A DNA stretch of 64,000 bases from contig JAFVWT010000011.1 of assembly GCA_017501525.1 (NCBI GenBank), positions 131,037 to 195,036 on the forward strand, written 5' to 3'. Origin of the DNA: Bacteroidales bacterium (GTDB taxonomy: Bacteria > Bacteroidota > Bacteroidia > Bacteroidales > UBA932). Under the pieces are notes generated by a model. The model did no database searches. It was given only the letters and a program-made list of their open reading frames with translations, and was not told the DNA's origin. Shown here one piece after another: positions 29,249 to 38,243 of this stretch; the first letter of the stretch is position 1, and every line of letters begins with the position of its first letter. Position numbers and translations under genes: made by a program.

Positions 29249-29256
29249 TATCTTTG
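29249..29256 (+). promoter_or_regulatory. Bacteroidetes -7 promoter box for frdC
   Basis: TATCTTTG lies 25 nt upstream of the ATG at 29282. Confidence 0.45.
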
Positions 29257-29281
29257 CACGAAAATCAAATTTTAAAAAGTA

Positions 29282-29959
29282 ATGGCTAACATTTTTACAT
29301 CTTCGATTGGAAAAAAGGTAATAATGAGTGTTACCGGATTGTTCCTTGTAATATTCTTGTTGTTGCATGCGACTATTAATGCTTTGTCTTTAATAAGTCC
29401 TGAAGCCTTTAGGGCAGGTTGTGATTTTATGGCATTGCCTATTATCACCATTATGGTTCCGGTTCTTGCAGCAGGTTTCGTAATTCACATTATTTATGCT
29501 TTCTATCTCTCGTGGACTAATTTGAAAGCTCGTGGTAACCAAAGATATGCAGTCGCTAACAAAAGCGAAACTGACAACTGGGCAGCTAAAAATATGCTTG
29601 TCCTCGGTATCATTGTCCTTGGTGTTCTTGCATTCCACCTTACTCACTTTTGGGCAGATATGCAGTTGTTGCAGTTCCAGGGTGTTCCTCATGAAGAATT
29701 GGTAGATCCTAATGTGTTGATGGAAAAGACCTTTAAACCTTATTGGGTTACAGCTATTTATCTTGTTTGGTTTGTCGCTCTATGGATGCACTTGACTCAC
29801 GGTTTCTGGAGTGCACTTCATACTCTTGGATGGAACAATAATATTTGGATTAAGAGACTTAAAGTTATCTCTTACATCGTTGCTACCATTATCTGTGTAG
29901 TATTTGCAGTTGTTGCTATCGTAGCTTGTCTTAGAGCAAACGATATTTGCTGCTTCTAA
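29282..29959 (+). CDS. frdC: succinate dehydrogenase/fumarate reductase cytochrome b subunit (b558 family)
   Basis: 225 aa with 5 TM helices. N-terminus SSIGKKVIMSVTGLFLVIFLLLH, and conserved His residues in TM helices as in Bacteroides FrdC. Confidence 0.8.
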   Translation: MANIFTSSIGKKVIMSVTGLFLVIFLLLHATINALSLISPEAFRAGCDFMALPIITIMVPVLAAGFVIHIIYAFYLSWTNLKARGNQRYAVANKSETDNWAAKNMLVLGIIVLGVLAFHLTHFWADMQLLQFQGVPHEELVDPNVLMEKTFKPYWVTAIYLVWFVALWMHLTHGFWSALHTLGWNNNIWIKRLKVISYIVATIICVVFAVVAIVACLRANDICCF

Positions 29960-30008
29960 CATACCAACCTTCTGTTGCAGATTTAATAAATTTAATATAT
30001 CACTAGAT

Positions 30009-30045
30009 GAGCCGGATCCGTTTGTGATGGTCCGGCTCTCTTTTT
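30009..30045 (+). terminator. rho-independent terminator directly after frdC
   Basis: gagccgga/tccggctc 8-bp GC-rich stem followed by tcttttt. Confidence 0.7.
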
Positions 30046-30160
30046 AATCTTCCGGTCAAGCCCTATTGGCTCTTGCAAATTTTATATATCTCTCGATACC
30101 TCAGATCTGATATTCGATTTCTATTATCCTTGTATTTGGTCATAATACTTATACTCTCAT

Positions 30161-30187
30161 CATCTTCAATGTAAATGATTGAAGATG
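30161..30187. other. perfect 10-bp stem hairpin in an ORF-free region
   Basis: catcttcaat / attgaagatg with a 7-nt loop, followed by a T-rich stretch. Confidence 0.6.
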
Positions 30188-30300
30188 TCAGTTTTATTTA
30201 TAGGAAGTTGTTTTTCATAATTTAATTTTATTCGTACCAGTTTCATCTACAAAGCAGGAACCTATATCAGTGTTTTTGGAGGGAATACGATGAAATCGTC

Positions 30301-30353
30301 AGGTCGGGGATGACTTCATCGGTTTGTGGATGACTTCGTTAGGTCGTGGATGA
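30301..30353. repeat. REP-like module A (three tandem ~20-nt units)
   Basis: aggtcggggatgacttcatc / ggtttgtggatgacttcgtt / aggtcgtggatga. By hand alignment it is about 85% identical (45/53) to module B at 30568-30620. Confidence 0.8.
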
Positions 30354-30567
30354 GTTTGACAAGTTAAGGTCATCACATACGTCTACCTGGCTCCGACCAT
30401 AACTTCGCTACCATATACGTCATACCCGGCCCCGACCGGGTATCTCAATTTACCAACGTCGCTAACAACCGCTTAACCCAAACTTTACCACTTATGTTTG
30501 AATGTTTCAGCAGGTGATTTTTCACTTGGAGTCTTTGGTGTGGAGTAGAACCCCGAGATCCCCGATC

Positions 30568-30620
30568 TAGTCGGGGATGACTTCGTCGGTTCGCAGATGA
30601 CTTCGTCAAGTCGTGGATGA
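30568..30620. repeat. REP-like module B (three tandem ~20-nt units)
   Basis: Direct repeat of module A. It is preceded by the 8-bp inverted repeat atccccga/tcggggat (30558-30578). Confidence 0.8.
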
Positions 30621-30650
30621 TGACAAATCCCGATTTTATTGAAGTTCTCT

Positions 30651-30685
30651 AAAAAAAAAGCGTAAGGGTTTGGGACTCTTACGCT
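30651..30685 (-). terminator. rho-independent terminator for the tricorn-like protease gene
   Basis: agcgtaag/cttacgct stem. The A9 run on the plus strand gives a U9 tract on the minus-strand transcript. Confidence 0.75.
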
Positions 30686-30714
30686 TTTATTGATTCAGGA
30701 TTATATGTCTGAAG

Positions 30715-33700
30715 TTATTTCATCAATGATTTTGTTGCTCCTGTAAGCTGGTCATCGATTCCGTTCAGAACATCTTCAGGACGGTTGTAGATTAGGATAT
30801 CGGGATTAAGTTGAACATTTTCAAGATAATTTCCGTTCATATCTCTACATCCTACTTGAGGAATACCGAATACGATTGAGGGATCGATTTGGGTTTCCCA
30901 CCATACAGCGGTCATTGTTCCGGGAACAGGTGCTCCGACAAGGTTACCGATTCCGAGTTGTTGGTATACCCAAGGTGTTCCGTGTGCGTTAGAGTAGTTG
31001 TCCTCGCAAATAAGCATACAAGATGGTTTGAGCCATTTGTTGAAAGGATCGCTACCTACATATTGTCCGCGAGGTGCAAATTGTTGATACTCTTTTCCTG
31101 ATAGAAGTGTCACTACATCGTCGTGAAGCCATCCACCACCATTGTGACGGGTATCCACTACTACTGCTTCTTTATGGCGGTTTCTTCCAAGAAGTTCGCT
31201 GTAAAGAGTTCTGAATGAGGGGCTATCCATACCTTCAATATGAACATATCCGATACGACCACCAGAAATCTCTTCTACCATCTCTCTGTTTCTCTCTACC
31301 CATCTTTGATATAGTAGAGAATTCAAGGAACCTGTACTGATACCCTTTACTACAACATCAAAGCGTTCTTTGGTAGAAGGGTCATAGATTGCAAGGCGGA
31401 TTTTTTTACCAACTTTTCCTTCCAATAGAGGGAAGTAGTCTTGACCCGCTTTGATCTTTTCTCCATCAATCTTCTCAATGATGCAGCCCTCTTTAACCTC
31501 GGATTTAATCAATGTAAGGGGACTTCTTTTGATTATCTCCTTGATTTTTAGACCATCACCTTTGTACTCCTCATCGTAGAATACTCCGAGAGAGGCAGTA
31601 GGGAAGGCTGTACCGCCACCATAGTATCTTGCTCCGGTATGAGAACCATTCAATTCTCCAAGCATTTCACCGAGCATTTCGGCAAAGTCAAAGTTGTTGT
31701 CGATATGGGGAAGGAATTTTGCATAGGCTTCTCTGTAATATTCCCAATCTACACCATGTATGTCAGGAACATAGAATTTGTCGAGAACTTGTCTCCAAGC
31801 GTGTTCGAACATATATTCTCTCTCTTCGGCCGGTCTATACTCAAATACACCTTCGGCGTTGATATTGGTGCTTTTACCTGAGTTTACATCGATTTTTGCA
31901 AAGCGGCCATAGCGGTACATATAGATGCTCTTTCCGTCGTCGCTTAGAATTAGGGGACTATATCCTGCACCTTTTACAAGAATTCTTGTTTCACCCTCTT
32001 TCAAGTCGTGAACCCAGAGATCCATACCACCTTCAAATGATGCAAGATAGAATAGTTTGTTGCCATCTTTACTTAGAACAGCGTCTCCCATTCTTGAAGA
32101 GTTGACAGTAAGTCTCAGGATACGGTATTCGGCATTTTCAAGATCAAACTCAAGAGCTTTTACCTCCTCTTTCTTCTTGTCATCCTTTTTATCTTTCTTA
32201 TCTTTTTTCTTTCCATCTTTCTCCTCTTTCTCCTCCTGAGCCTTCTTCTCTTCCTCTTTTATTCTCTTTTGTTCAGCTTCGTAGAGTTCAAGGTCCTCTT
32301 TGCTCATTCTGAATTTCTCGTAAGCTTCAAGGTCAAAGAACATGATGTAGATGTCATCTTCGGCACCCCAGCTACCGTGGCTGCGATAACCGGCGCGGTC
32401 GCTGCTCCAAATCATAGCTTTGCCATCGAGAACCCATTTTGCGTGGCCATCGCTGTAACCGCTGTTGGTAAGATTGTGCATAACAGCGTTGCCCGAAGCA
32501 TCTACAAGGACTACATCCTGATTGTTCCATCCACCTACGGTGATACTGTTGGAGAGTATCCATTTTCCATCAGGAGACCATTGGTACCATTGGTCACCAT
32601 CGCTATATGAATATTGGTATTTACCTTCCATAGCAGTGCGAACCTTTTTAGATTCGAGATTGATGATTCTGATAGCTGTTCTGTTTTCCAAGAATGCAAT
32701 CTCTTTTCCATCAGGGCTGTAAAGAGGTTGGAATGATGCGATGTCTGATTTTGTAATCCTCTCCTCTTTTAATTCTGTAGCATAAGGGAAATATTTCTCA
32801 TCTTCGTTTACGATAGTGCTTCTGTATACTTGCCAAAGACCTTCTCTCTCAGATGAATAGATGATAGAACGTCCATCCGGAGCAAAGTCAAGGTCTCTCT
32901 CTTGAACAGAGGTGTTGGTAATTCTCTTGGTGGTGTTATACTCGGTGGAGGTTACATATACATCGCCGTGATATATGAATGCCAACTGTTTTCCATCTTT
33001 GCTGACAGCCATGTCTGAGCCACTGCCGCTGATGTTTCTCTTGATGAGATCACGATTTTGCCAGTCGCTGACGATATCAATATCTACTTTTGATACTTTG
33101 CCTTCGGGAGTAGCTGTATAGATTTCACCATCTTGTCCGAAACAAAGTGTTCCGTTATTTGCAACAGTGAGGAATCTTACAGGGTTTTTGGTAAATTCTG
33201 TGATTTGTCTCTCGGTACCGGTAGCGATATCCCTTTTGTAAACGTTGAATGTGCCATCCTGTTCGCTCAGGTAGTAGAAACTTTTACCGTCTGCAGCAAA
33301 AACGGGGTTTCTGTCCTCTCCCTCAAAGGTGGTGATTTTTGTAAATTTACCATCTTTAACATTATCACCATTCAATTCACAACTCCATATATCGCGGGCA
33401 ATAGAGGATGTATGGTGTTTGCGCCAAGGGTCTTCATAACCTTTTTTGTCGTGATAAAGGATACTCTTTCCATTTGGAGCAAATGAGATGGACTCCAATG
33501 GAAGTGAAGAGAACATTGTAGGACGTCCGCCATCAATACTCACTTGATATACTTGTGAGAATGTAGACGAGGGGAACTGCATACTTTCGGCGTCGGGTAG
33601 AATGTATGCAGAATAGAGGATAGTGTTATTGTCTTTAAATACAATAGGAAATTCGTTTGCAGAGTTTGTGGTAACTCTGGTGGGGGCTCCTCCATCTTTT

Positions 33701-33999
33701 GATACAACGAAAATATCGGCACTTCCAAGTCTGTAAGATGCAAATGCAATCTTACTTCCGTCAGGACTCCAGATGGGCTGGGTGTCATAACTCTGGTTAG
33801 TGGTAATCTGAAGGGCCCTACCTCCCTCTACGGGGACGGTAAAGATATTGCCTTGATATGTGAAAGCAATGGTTGTTCCATCAGGGGATATAGCGCTATA
33901 TCGCATCCATAGAGGGGCATTGTCATCGGCTTGTGCTGTCATAACAGACAAACCTATAAACGCTAATGCGTAAGATAAAATTTTCTTTAAGTTTAACAT
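30715..33999 (-). CDS. tricorn-protease-like S41 family peptidase (beta-propeller + PDZ + S41 C-terminal domains)
   Basis: 1094 aa with a signal peptide. Repeated TolB/WD40-like blades (PIWSPDGSKIAF, YSPDGKEIAF, WSPDGKW), then a PDZ-like segment and an S41 core (DTRHNGGG). Carries an internal K/E-rich insert. Confidence 0.8.
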   Translation of the reverse strand: MLNLKKILSYALAFIGLSVMTAQADDNAPLWMRYSAISPDGTTIAFTYQGNIFTVPVEGGRALQITTNQSYDTQPIWSPDGSKIAFASYRLGSADIFVVSKDGGAPTRVTTNSANEFPIVFKDNNTILYSAYILPDAESMQFPSSTFSQVYQVSIDGGRPTMFSSLPLESISFAPNGKSILYHDKKGYEDPWRKHHTSSIARDIWSCELNGDNVKDGKFTKITTFEGEDRNPVFAADGKSFYYLSEQDGTFNVYKRDIATGTERQITEFTKNPVRFLTVANNGTLCFGQDGEIYTATPEGKVSKVDIDIVSDWQNRDLIKRNISGSGSDMAVSKDGKQLAFIYHGDVYVTSTEYNTTKRITNTSVQERDLDFAPDGRSIIYSSEREGLWQVYRSTIVNEDEKYFPYATELKEERITKSDIASFQPLYSPDGKEIAFLENRTAIRIINLESKKVRTAMEGKYQYSYSDGDQWYQWSPDGKWILSNSITVGGWNNQDVVLVDASGNAVMHNLTNSGYSDGHAKWVLDGKAMIWSSDRAGYRSHGSWGAEDDIYIMFFDLEAYEKFRMSKEDLELYEAEQKRIKEEEKKAQEEKEEKDGKKKDKKDKKDDKKKEEVKALEFDLENAEYRILRLTVNSSRMGDAVLSKDGNKLFYLASFEGGMDLWVHDLKEGETRILVKGAGYSPLILSDDGKSIYMYRYGRFAKIDVNSGKSTNINAEGVFEYRPAEEREYMFEHAWRQVLDKFYVPDIHGVDWEYYREAYAKFLPHIDNNFDFAEMLGEMLGELNGSHTGARYYGGGTAFPTASLGVFYDEEYKGDGLKIKEIIKRSPLTLIKSEVKEGCIIEKIDGEKIKAGQDYFPLLEGKVGKKIRLAIYDPSTKERFDVVVKGISTGSLNSLLYQRWVERNREMVEEISGGRIGYVHIEGMDSPSFRTLYSELLGRNRHKEAVVVDTRHNGGGWLHDDVVTLLSGKEYQQFAPRGQYVGSDPFNKWLKPSCMLICEDNYSNAHGTPWVYQQLGIGNLVGAPVPGTMTAVWWETQIDPSIVFGIPQVGCRDMNGNYLENVQLNPDILIYNRPEDVLNGIDDQLTGATKSLMK

Positions 34000-34008
34000 A
34001 TAGAATTA

Positions 34009-35337
34009 TTATTTACAAACCATTATATTAAGTATCATGCTATCAGTAACTTGCATACCTGTAGAACCGATAGAGCCGAGATTGCGGATGGTTTTTTCCA
34101 CATCATCTTCAATAATACCATCGTTACTGGTTACAAATTTATTGTCTAATGCGAGGACTGCAGATTGTACGGCAGATGAAACTCCTGAAGCTACCTTTAA
34201 TGCGCAACCGACTTTTGCCCCATCACAAACCATACCGGTGATGTTGCCAATCATATTTTTGATTGCATAGCAGATTTGCTCAAGATTACCTTTGCGAAGC
34301 ATAACTATACCGCAGGAAGATCCGGTCGAAGCTATTACACATCCACATAATGCTGAGAGTTTACCCAGATATCCTTTGATGTGAATCGCTACGAGATGAC
34401 TCAAAGTGAGAGATCTGATAAGTTCTTCTTGTGTATTTCCAAATTGTTCAGCAGCCGCAACTACAGGCATTGTAACTGTAATTCCCTGATTACCACTTCC
34501 AGAGTTACTCATAGCAGGGAGTGTGCATCCTGCCATACGGGCATCAGAGGCGGCGGCGGTCTGTGCCATGCAGTGGGTCAAAAGGCCATTGCCAAAGACG
34601 TGTTGGTGGATATTTGCCTGTATGGTTCGTCCCACTTGAAGACCATATTCCCGAGCCAAACCCTCTACAGCAAGTGCTTTATTCATAGTCGCTGCCTCAA
34701 GGATAAATGAGATATCATTAAGGTCTGCTGTAGTGGCGAACTCATATATCTTCTTCATATCCAGGTGGTAATCCAATGTGGTGCGGGCAGGTTTTAAATT
34801 TTGCTCACTATTTTCCTGAGCAGGGGTTGTCCCTCTATTGTCCAAAATTACTTCGTTGTCTTTTGAGACAAAAACTATAGCATCGTGGTCATCTGCAATG
34901 ATAGTGCGGGCAGAGTGTTCCTCTCCCTCTTGACCTTTGAAGAATGCGGTGGCATCTATATATAGTTTTTTATCAGTTTGGGCCAAAGCGATTTTGACAT
35001 TTCCGGGGGTTGCCGAGTACTCTTTTGCCCTTGAAACATCTTCGGGTGTGAGGTCTTTGAGCACTTCAAGACCATATTCTGCTTTTCCGCATACCATAGC
35101 CAGGGCAACTGCTATATTCAGTCCCACCATCCCTGTTCCGGGGATTCCTACCCCCATTGCATTTTTAAGGATGTTGGCACTCACCTCCACTACGATTCTC
35201 GAAGGGGTTTGAGATGGAAACATTGAGCAAGATTTTGCCACTGCCAATGCGACAGCCACAGGTTCAGTACATCCCAAAGCGGGTTTAACTTCGCGATGTA
35301 GTAATTCAATGATGTCGTTGTAGGTCTGTCTATCCAT
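34009..35337 (-). CDS. UPF0597 / YhaM(CyuA)-family protein (serine dehydratase alpha-like; L-cysteine desulfidase-like)
   Basis: 442 aa. N-terminus LHREVKPALGCTEPVAVALA and GSGNQG motifs are typical of the UPF0597 family. Confidence 0.75.
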   Translation of the reverse strand: MDRQTYNDIIELLHREVKPALGCTEPVAVALAVAKSCSMFPSQTPSRIVVEVSANILKNAMGVGIPGTGMVGLNIAVALAMVCGKAEYGLEVLKDLTPEDVSRAKEYSATPGNVKIALAQTDKKLYIDATAFFKGQEGEEHSARTIIADDHDAIVFVSKDNEVILDNRGTTPAQENSEQNLKPARTTLDYHLDMKKIYEFATTADLNDISFILEAATMNKALAVEGLAREYGLQVGRTIQANIHQHVFGNGLLTHCMAQTAAASDARMAGCTLPAMSNSGSGNQGITVTMPVVAAAEQFGNTQEELIRSLTLSHLVAIHIKGYLGKLSALCGCVIASTGSSCGIVMLRKGNLEQICYAIKNMIGNITGMVCDGAKVGCALKVASGVSSAVQSAVLALDNKFVTSNDGIIEDDVEKTIRNLGSIGSTGMQVTDSMILNIMVCK

Positions 35338-35360
35338 ATTTCAGATTGTTTTGTGGGAGA

Positions 35361-36293
35361 TTACTTAAGTTCTGCAAGATATTTTTCGGCATCCATCGCT
35401 GCTCTACAACCGGCACCCGCTGCATTGATAGCCTGGCGATATGTGGGATCTTGAACATCACCTGCGGCAAAGATACCTTCGCGTGAAGTTTTGCAACTCT
35501 TGCCCTGAGTGATAATATAACCTTCTGCATCGGTGTCGATCCATTCGCGGAAGATATCTGAGTTGGGATGGTGTCCGATAGCGAGGAAGAATCCGTCTAT
35601 CTTGATCTCTTTTTCTGTACCGTCATTATGTTTTAGGATTGCACCTGTCACACCCATTTCATTACCGATAATCTCTTTGGTCTGATGTTCCCAAAGCACT
35701 TCAATGTTGGGGGTGTTGAATACTCTCTCCTGCATAGCCTGGGATGCACGGAAAACATTTCTTCTGACTATCATGTACACTTTATTGCAAAGTGAAGCAA
35801 GGTAAGTGGCCTCTTCGCAAGCTGTATCACCTCCACCTACGACTGCAACATCTTTCTTTCTGTAGAAGAATCCGTCGCATGTAGCGCAAGCAGATACCCC
35901 TTGTCCTCTGAATTTCTCTTCTGATTCAAGTCCGAGATATTTTGCAGTAGCACCTGTTGCAATAATAACTGCATCTGCTTCAATCCATTTCTCATCGTCA
36001 ATCTGTACTTTGAAGGGACGTTCAGAAAAGTCTGTTTTGGTAGCAATTCCAAATCTGATGTCTGCACCAAAACGGGCAGCCTGGGCTTTGAAATCTTCCA
36101 TCATCTGTTGGCCGTTAACTCCGTTGGGGTAGCCGGGGAAGTTTTCTATATCTGTAGTGGTAGTCAATTGTCCGCCAGGTTGGATACCTTCATATACAAC
36201 GGTTTGAATGTTTGCTCTACAAGCATAAATAGCAGCTGTATATCCTGCGGGACCGCTACCCAAAATCAATAATTGTACTTTTTCGTTAGCCAT
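35361..36293 (-). CDS. trxB: thioredoxin-disulfide reductase
   Basis: GSGPAGYTAA FAD motif, redox-active CATCDGFF and an NADPH motif VVGGGDTACEEA. Confidence 0.95.
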   Translation of the reverse strand: MANEKVQLLILGSGPAGYTAAIYACRANIQTVVYEGIQPGGQLTTTTDIENFPGYPNGVNGQQMMEDFKAQAARFGADIRFGIATKTDFSERPFKVQIDDEKWIEADAVIIATGATAKYLGLESEEKFRGQGVSACATCDGFFYRKKDVAVVGGGDTACEEATYLASLCNKVYMIVRRNVFRASQAMQERVFNTPNIEVLWEHQTKEIIGNEMGVTGAILKHNDGTEKEIKIDGFFLAIGHHPNSDIFREWIDTDAEGYIITQGKSCKTSREGIFAAGDVQDPTYRQAINAAGAGCRAAMDAEKYLAELK

Positions 36294-36365
36294 TTTCTTA
36301 ATATTTAGATTGTTATTTTAATTCTTTATGATAAGTTTAAAGTCGTATAAATGACAGGGTTACAT

Positions 36366-37262
36366 CTAATTCAAACTTTTTGTATGTACTAGAGGTGTTT
36401 TTTCTTTTCCCCCTTTTTGTTGGGGTTTGTTGTTTCCGGGGACTACGATTTTTGCAGGTTTTCCCCATTTGAGACTATAAATCAGTAGTGATATGCCTGC
36501 GACAATGAACGGAACGCTAAGCCATTGTCCCATATTGAGAACCATGCTCTCTTCAAAGGCTTCTTGATTCTCCTTGACAAATTCAATAAGGAATCTGGCT
36601 CCGAATAGTCCTATCAAAAAGAGACCAAAGATGGTTCCGGTTTTAAGTTTATCGAGTTTGTGGCGATATAGCCATAGCAGACCAAGTCCAAGAAGCAGGT
36701 AGGAGAATGCTTCGTAGAGTTGGGTAGGGTGTTTTGCAATGGTTTGTCCGTCCCTTACAAATATAAAGCCCCATGGAAGGTCTGTTGCGTGACCGTAAAT
36801 CTCAGAATTGAAGAGGTTTCCAAAGCGGATAAACATTCCTGCAAAACATATTGGGATGACTAGTCTGTCGAGTATCTGGATATATCCAAAACCATATTTT
36901 TTGCCATATTTGTGGACGTACCACCACATTGCTATGAGGACTCCAACTGCCCCTCCATGTGATGCCAGTCCCCCTTTCCAGGTGGCGAGAATCTCCCAAG
37001 GATGTGCTTTGTAGTAGGCCCAATCGTAGAAAAACACGTGGCCTAATCGTGATCCTATTAAGGCACAAATGAGGAGGGCATATAACAAGTAGTCGAGGTT
37101 CTCAACAGGGATTCCCTCCCTTTTGTAGAAGGATCTCATGATGTAGTAGCCGATAGGGAAAAATCCAACCATAAATAGAATTGAATACCATTTGAGGTGG
37201 AAGTTGCCTATTTGCAGAATGTCGGGACTTACATCCCATGTTATTGATAGTAAATCGATCAT
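36366..37262 (-). CDS. lgt: prolipoprotein diacylglyceryl transferase
   Basis: Polytopic membrane protein with an HPTQLYE motif and an Lgt-like GGLASHGG segment. Confidence 0.9.
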   Translation of the reverse strand: MIDLLSITWDVSPDILQIGNFHLKWYSILFMVGFFPIGYYIMRSFYKREGIPVENLDYLLYALLICALIGSRLGHVFFYDWAYYKAHPWEILATWKGGLASHGGAVGVLIAMWWYVHKYGKKYGFGYIQILDRLVIPICFAGMFIRFGNLFNSEIYGHATDLPWGFIFVRDGQTIAKHPTQLYEAFSYLLLGLGLLWLYRHKLDKLKTGTIFGLFLIGLFGARFLIEFVKENQEAFEESMVLNMGQWLSVPFIVAGISLLIYSLKWGKPAKIVVPGNNKPQQKGGKEKTPLVHTKSLN

Positions 37263-37277
37263 ATAATTCTATTTCTT

Positions 37278-38189
37278 TTATCTTTCTAATCTTGTAAATA
37301 CACTCAAAGGTAGAGCTTTTCCGAAGCGGTCCTTAAGGATAAGTTCTCCGCTGGTTCTACGTCCTCCATCAGAGAAAACAGTTTTGACTAATGTGTCGGC
37401 GAGCACTGCCGAATAGCCGTTGGAATAGAGATTCAGAACAAGGAAGCTGTTCATGGGAGATAGAATCTTTTCACATCCTTTGAGAAGTTCCAGCAACGAC
37501 TCATCAAGTTTCCATCGTTCCCCATCGGGTCCTCTTCCATATGCGGGAGGGTCAAGCATAATGCCGTCATAGACATTTCCTCTTCGCGCCTCTCTTTGGA
37601 CAAATTTCAAGGCGTCCTCAATAATCCATCTGATATTTTCAAGTCCGGAGAGTTCCATGTTTTGTCTCGCCCAGGTGACTACTTGTTTTACCGAGTCCAG
37701 ATGTGTTACATCGGCTCCTGCTTCTTTGGCAGCAAGAGACGCAGCTCCTGTATAGGCAAACAAATTGAGCACCTTTGCCTTGCGTCCGGGGGCTATTTTT
37801 TCAAAATTCTTATTCAAACGTTTTACCTGAGTTGCGATAAAATCCCAGTTGGGAGCTTGTTCGGGAAATACACCGACATGTTTGAAAGAGGTAAGTCCCA
37901 ATCTGAGTTTGAAAATGTCCTGGTAGGAGATTATCCATTGTTCCGGCATTTTTTTATGCATTGTCCAGATACCGCTGTCCTCTTTCCCCGCTTTTGAAAA
38001 ACCTGCCCCTTGTGTAAAGACGGTATGAGCAAGTTTTTTCCATTCATCTTCCTTTAATGTTTTGTCCCATAATGCTTTAGGTTCTGGGCGTCTCATTATG
38101 AATGGTCCGAATCTTTCGAGTTTCTCGAAGTTCCCGGAGTCAATCAATTCGTAATCTTTCCAATTTTCGGAGGGTGTCTCTATAATCAT
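37278..38189 (-). CDS. class I SAM-dependent methyltransferase (RlmI-like catalytic domain, no PUA)
   Basis: VLNLFAYTGAASLAA SAM-binding motif and DPPAYGRGP catalytic-type motif. Confidence 0.75.
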   Translation of the reverse strand: MIIETPSENWKDYELIDSGNFEKLERFGPFIMRRPEPKALWDKTLKEDEWKKLAHTVFTQGAGFSKAGKEDSGIWTMHKKMPEQWIISYQDIFKLRLGLTSFKHVGVFPEQAPNWDFIATQVKRLNKNFEKIAPGRKAKVLNLFAYTGAASLAAKEAGADVTHLDSVKQVVTWARQNMELSGLENIRWIIEDALKFVQREARRGNVYDGIMLDPPAYGRGPDGERWKLDESLLELLKGCEKILSPMNSFLVLNLYSNGYSAVLADTLVKTVFSDGGRRTSGELILKDRFGKALPLSVFTRLER

Positions 38190-38193
38190 TCTT

Positions 38194-38201
38194 CAAAGAT
38201 A
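38194..38201 (-). promoter_or_regulatory. Bacteroidetes -7 promoter box for the methyltransferase-lgt operon (near-leaderless)
   Basis: Reverse complement reads TATCTTTG, only 4 nt upstream of the ATG at 38189. Confidence 0.45.
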
Positions 38202-38214
38202 TGATATTTTTTTA

Positions 38215-38222
38215 TAAATTTG
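38215..38222 (+). promoter_or_regulatory. Bacteroidetes -7 promoter box for pgk
   Basis: TAAATTTG lies 21 nt upstream of the ATG at 38244. Confidence 0.45.
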
Positions 38223-38243
38223 TAGGAAATAAACTATCGAGTT

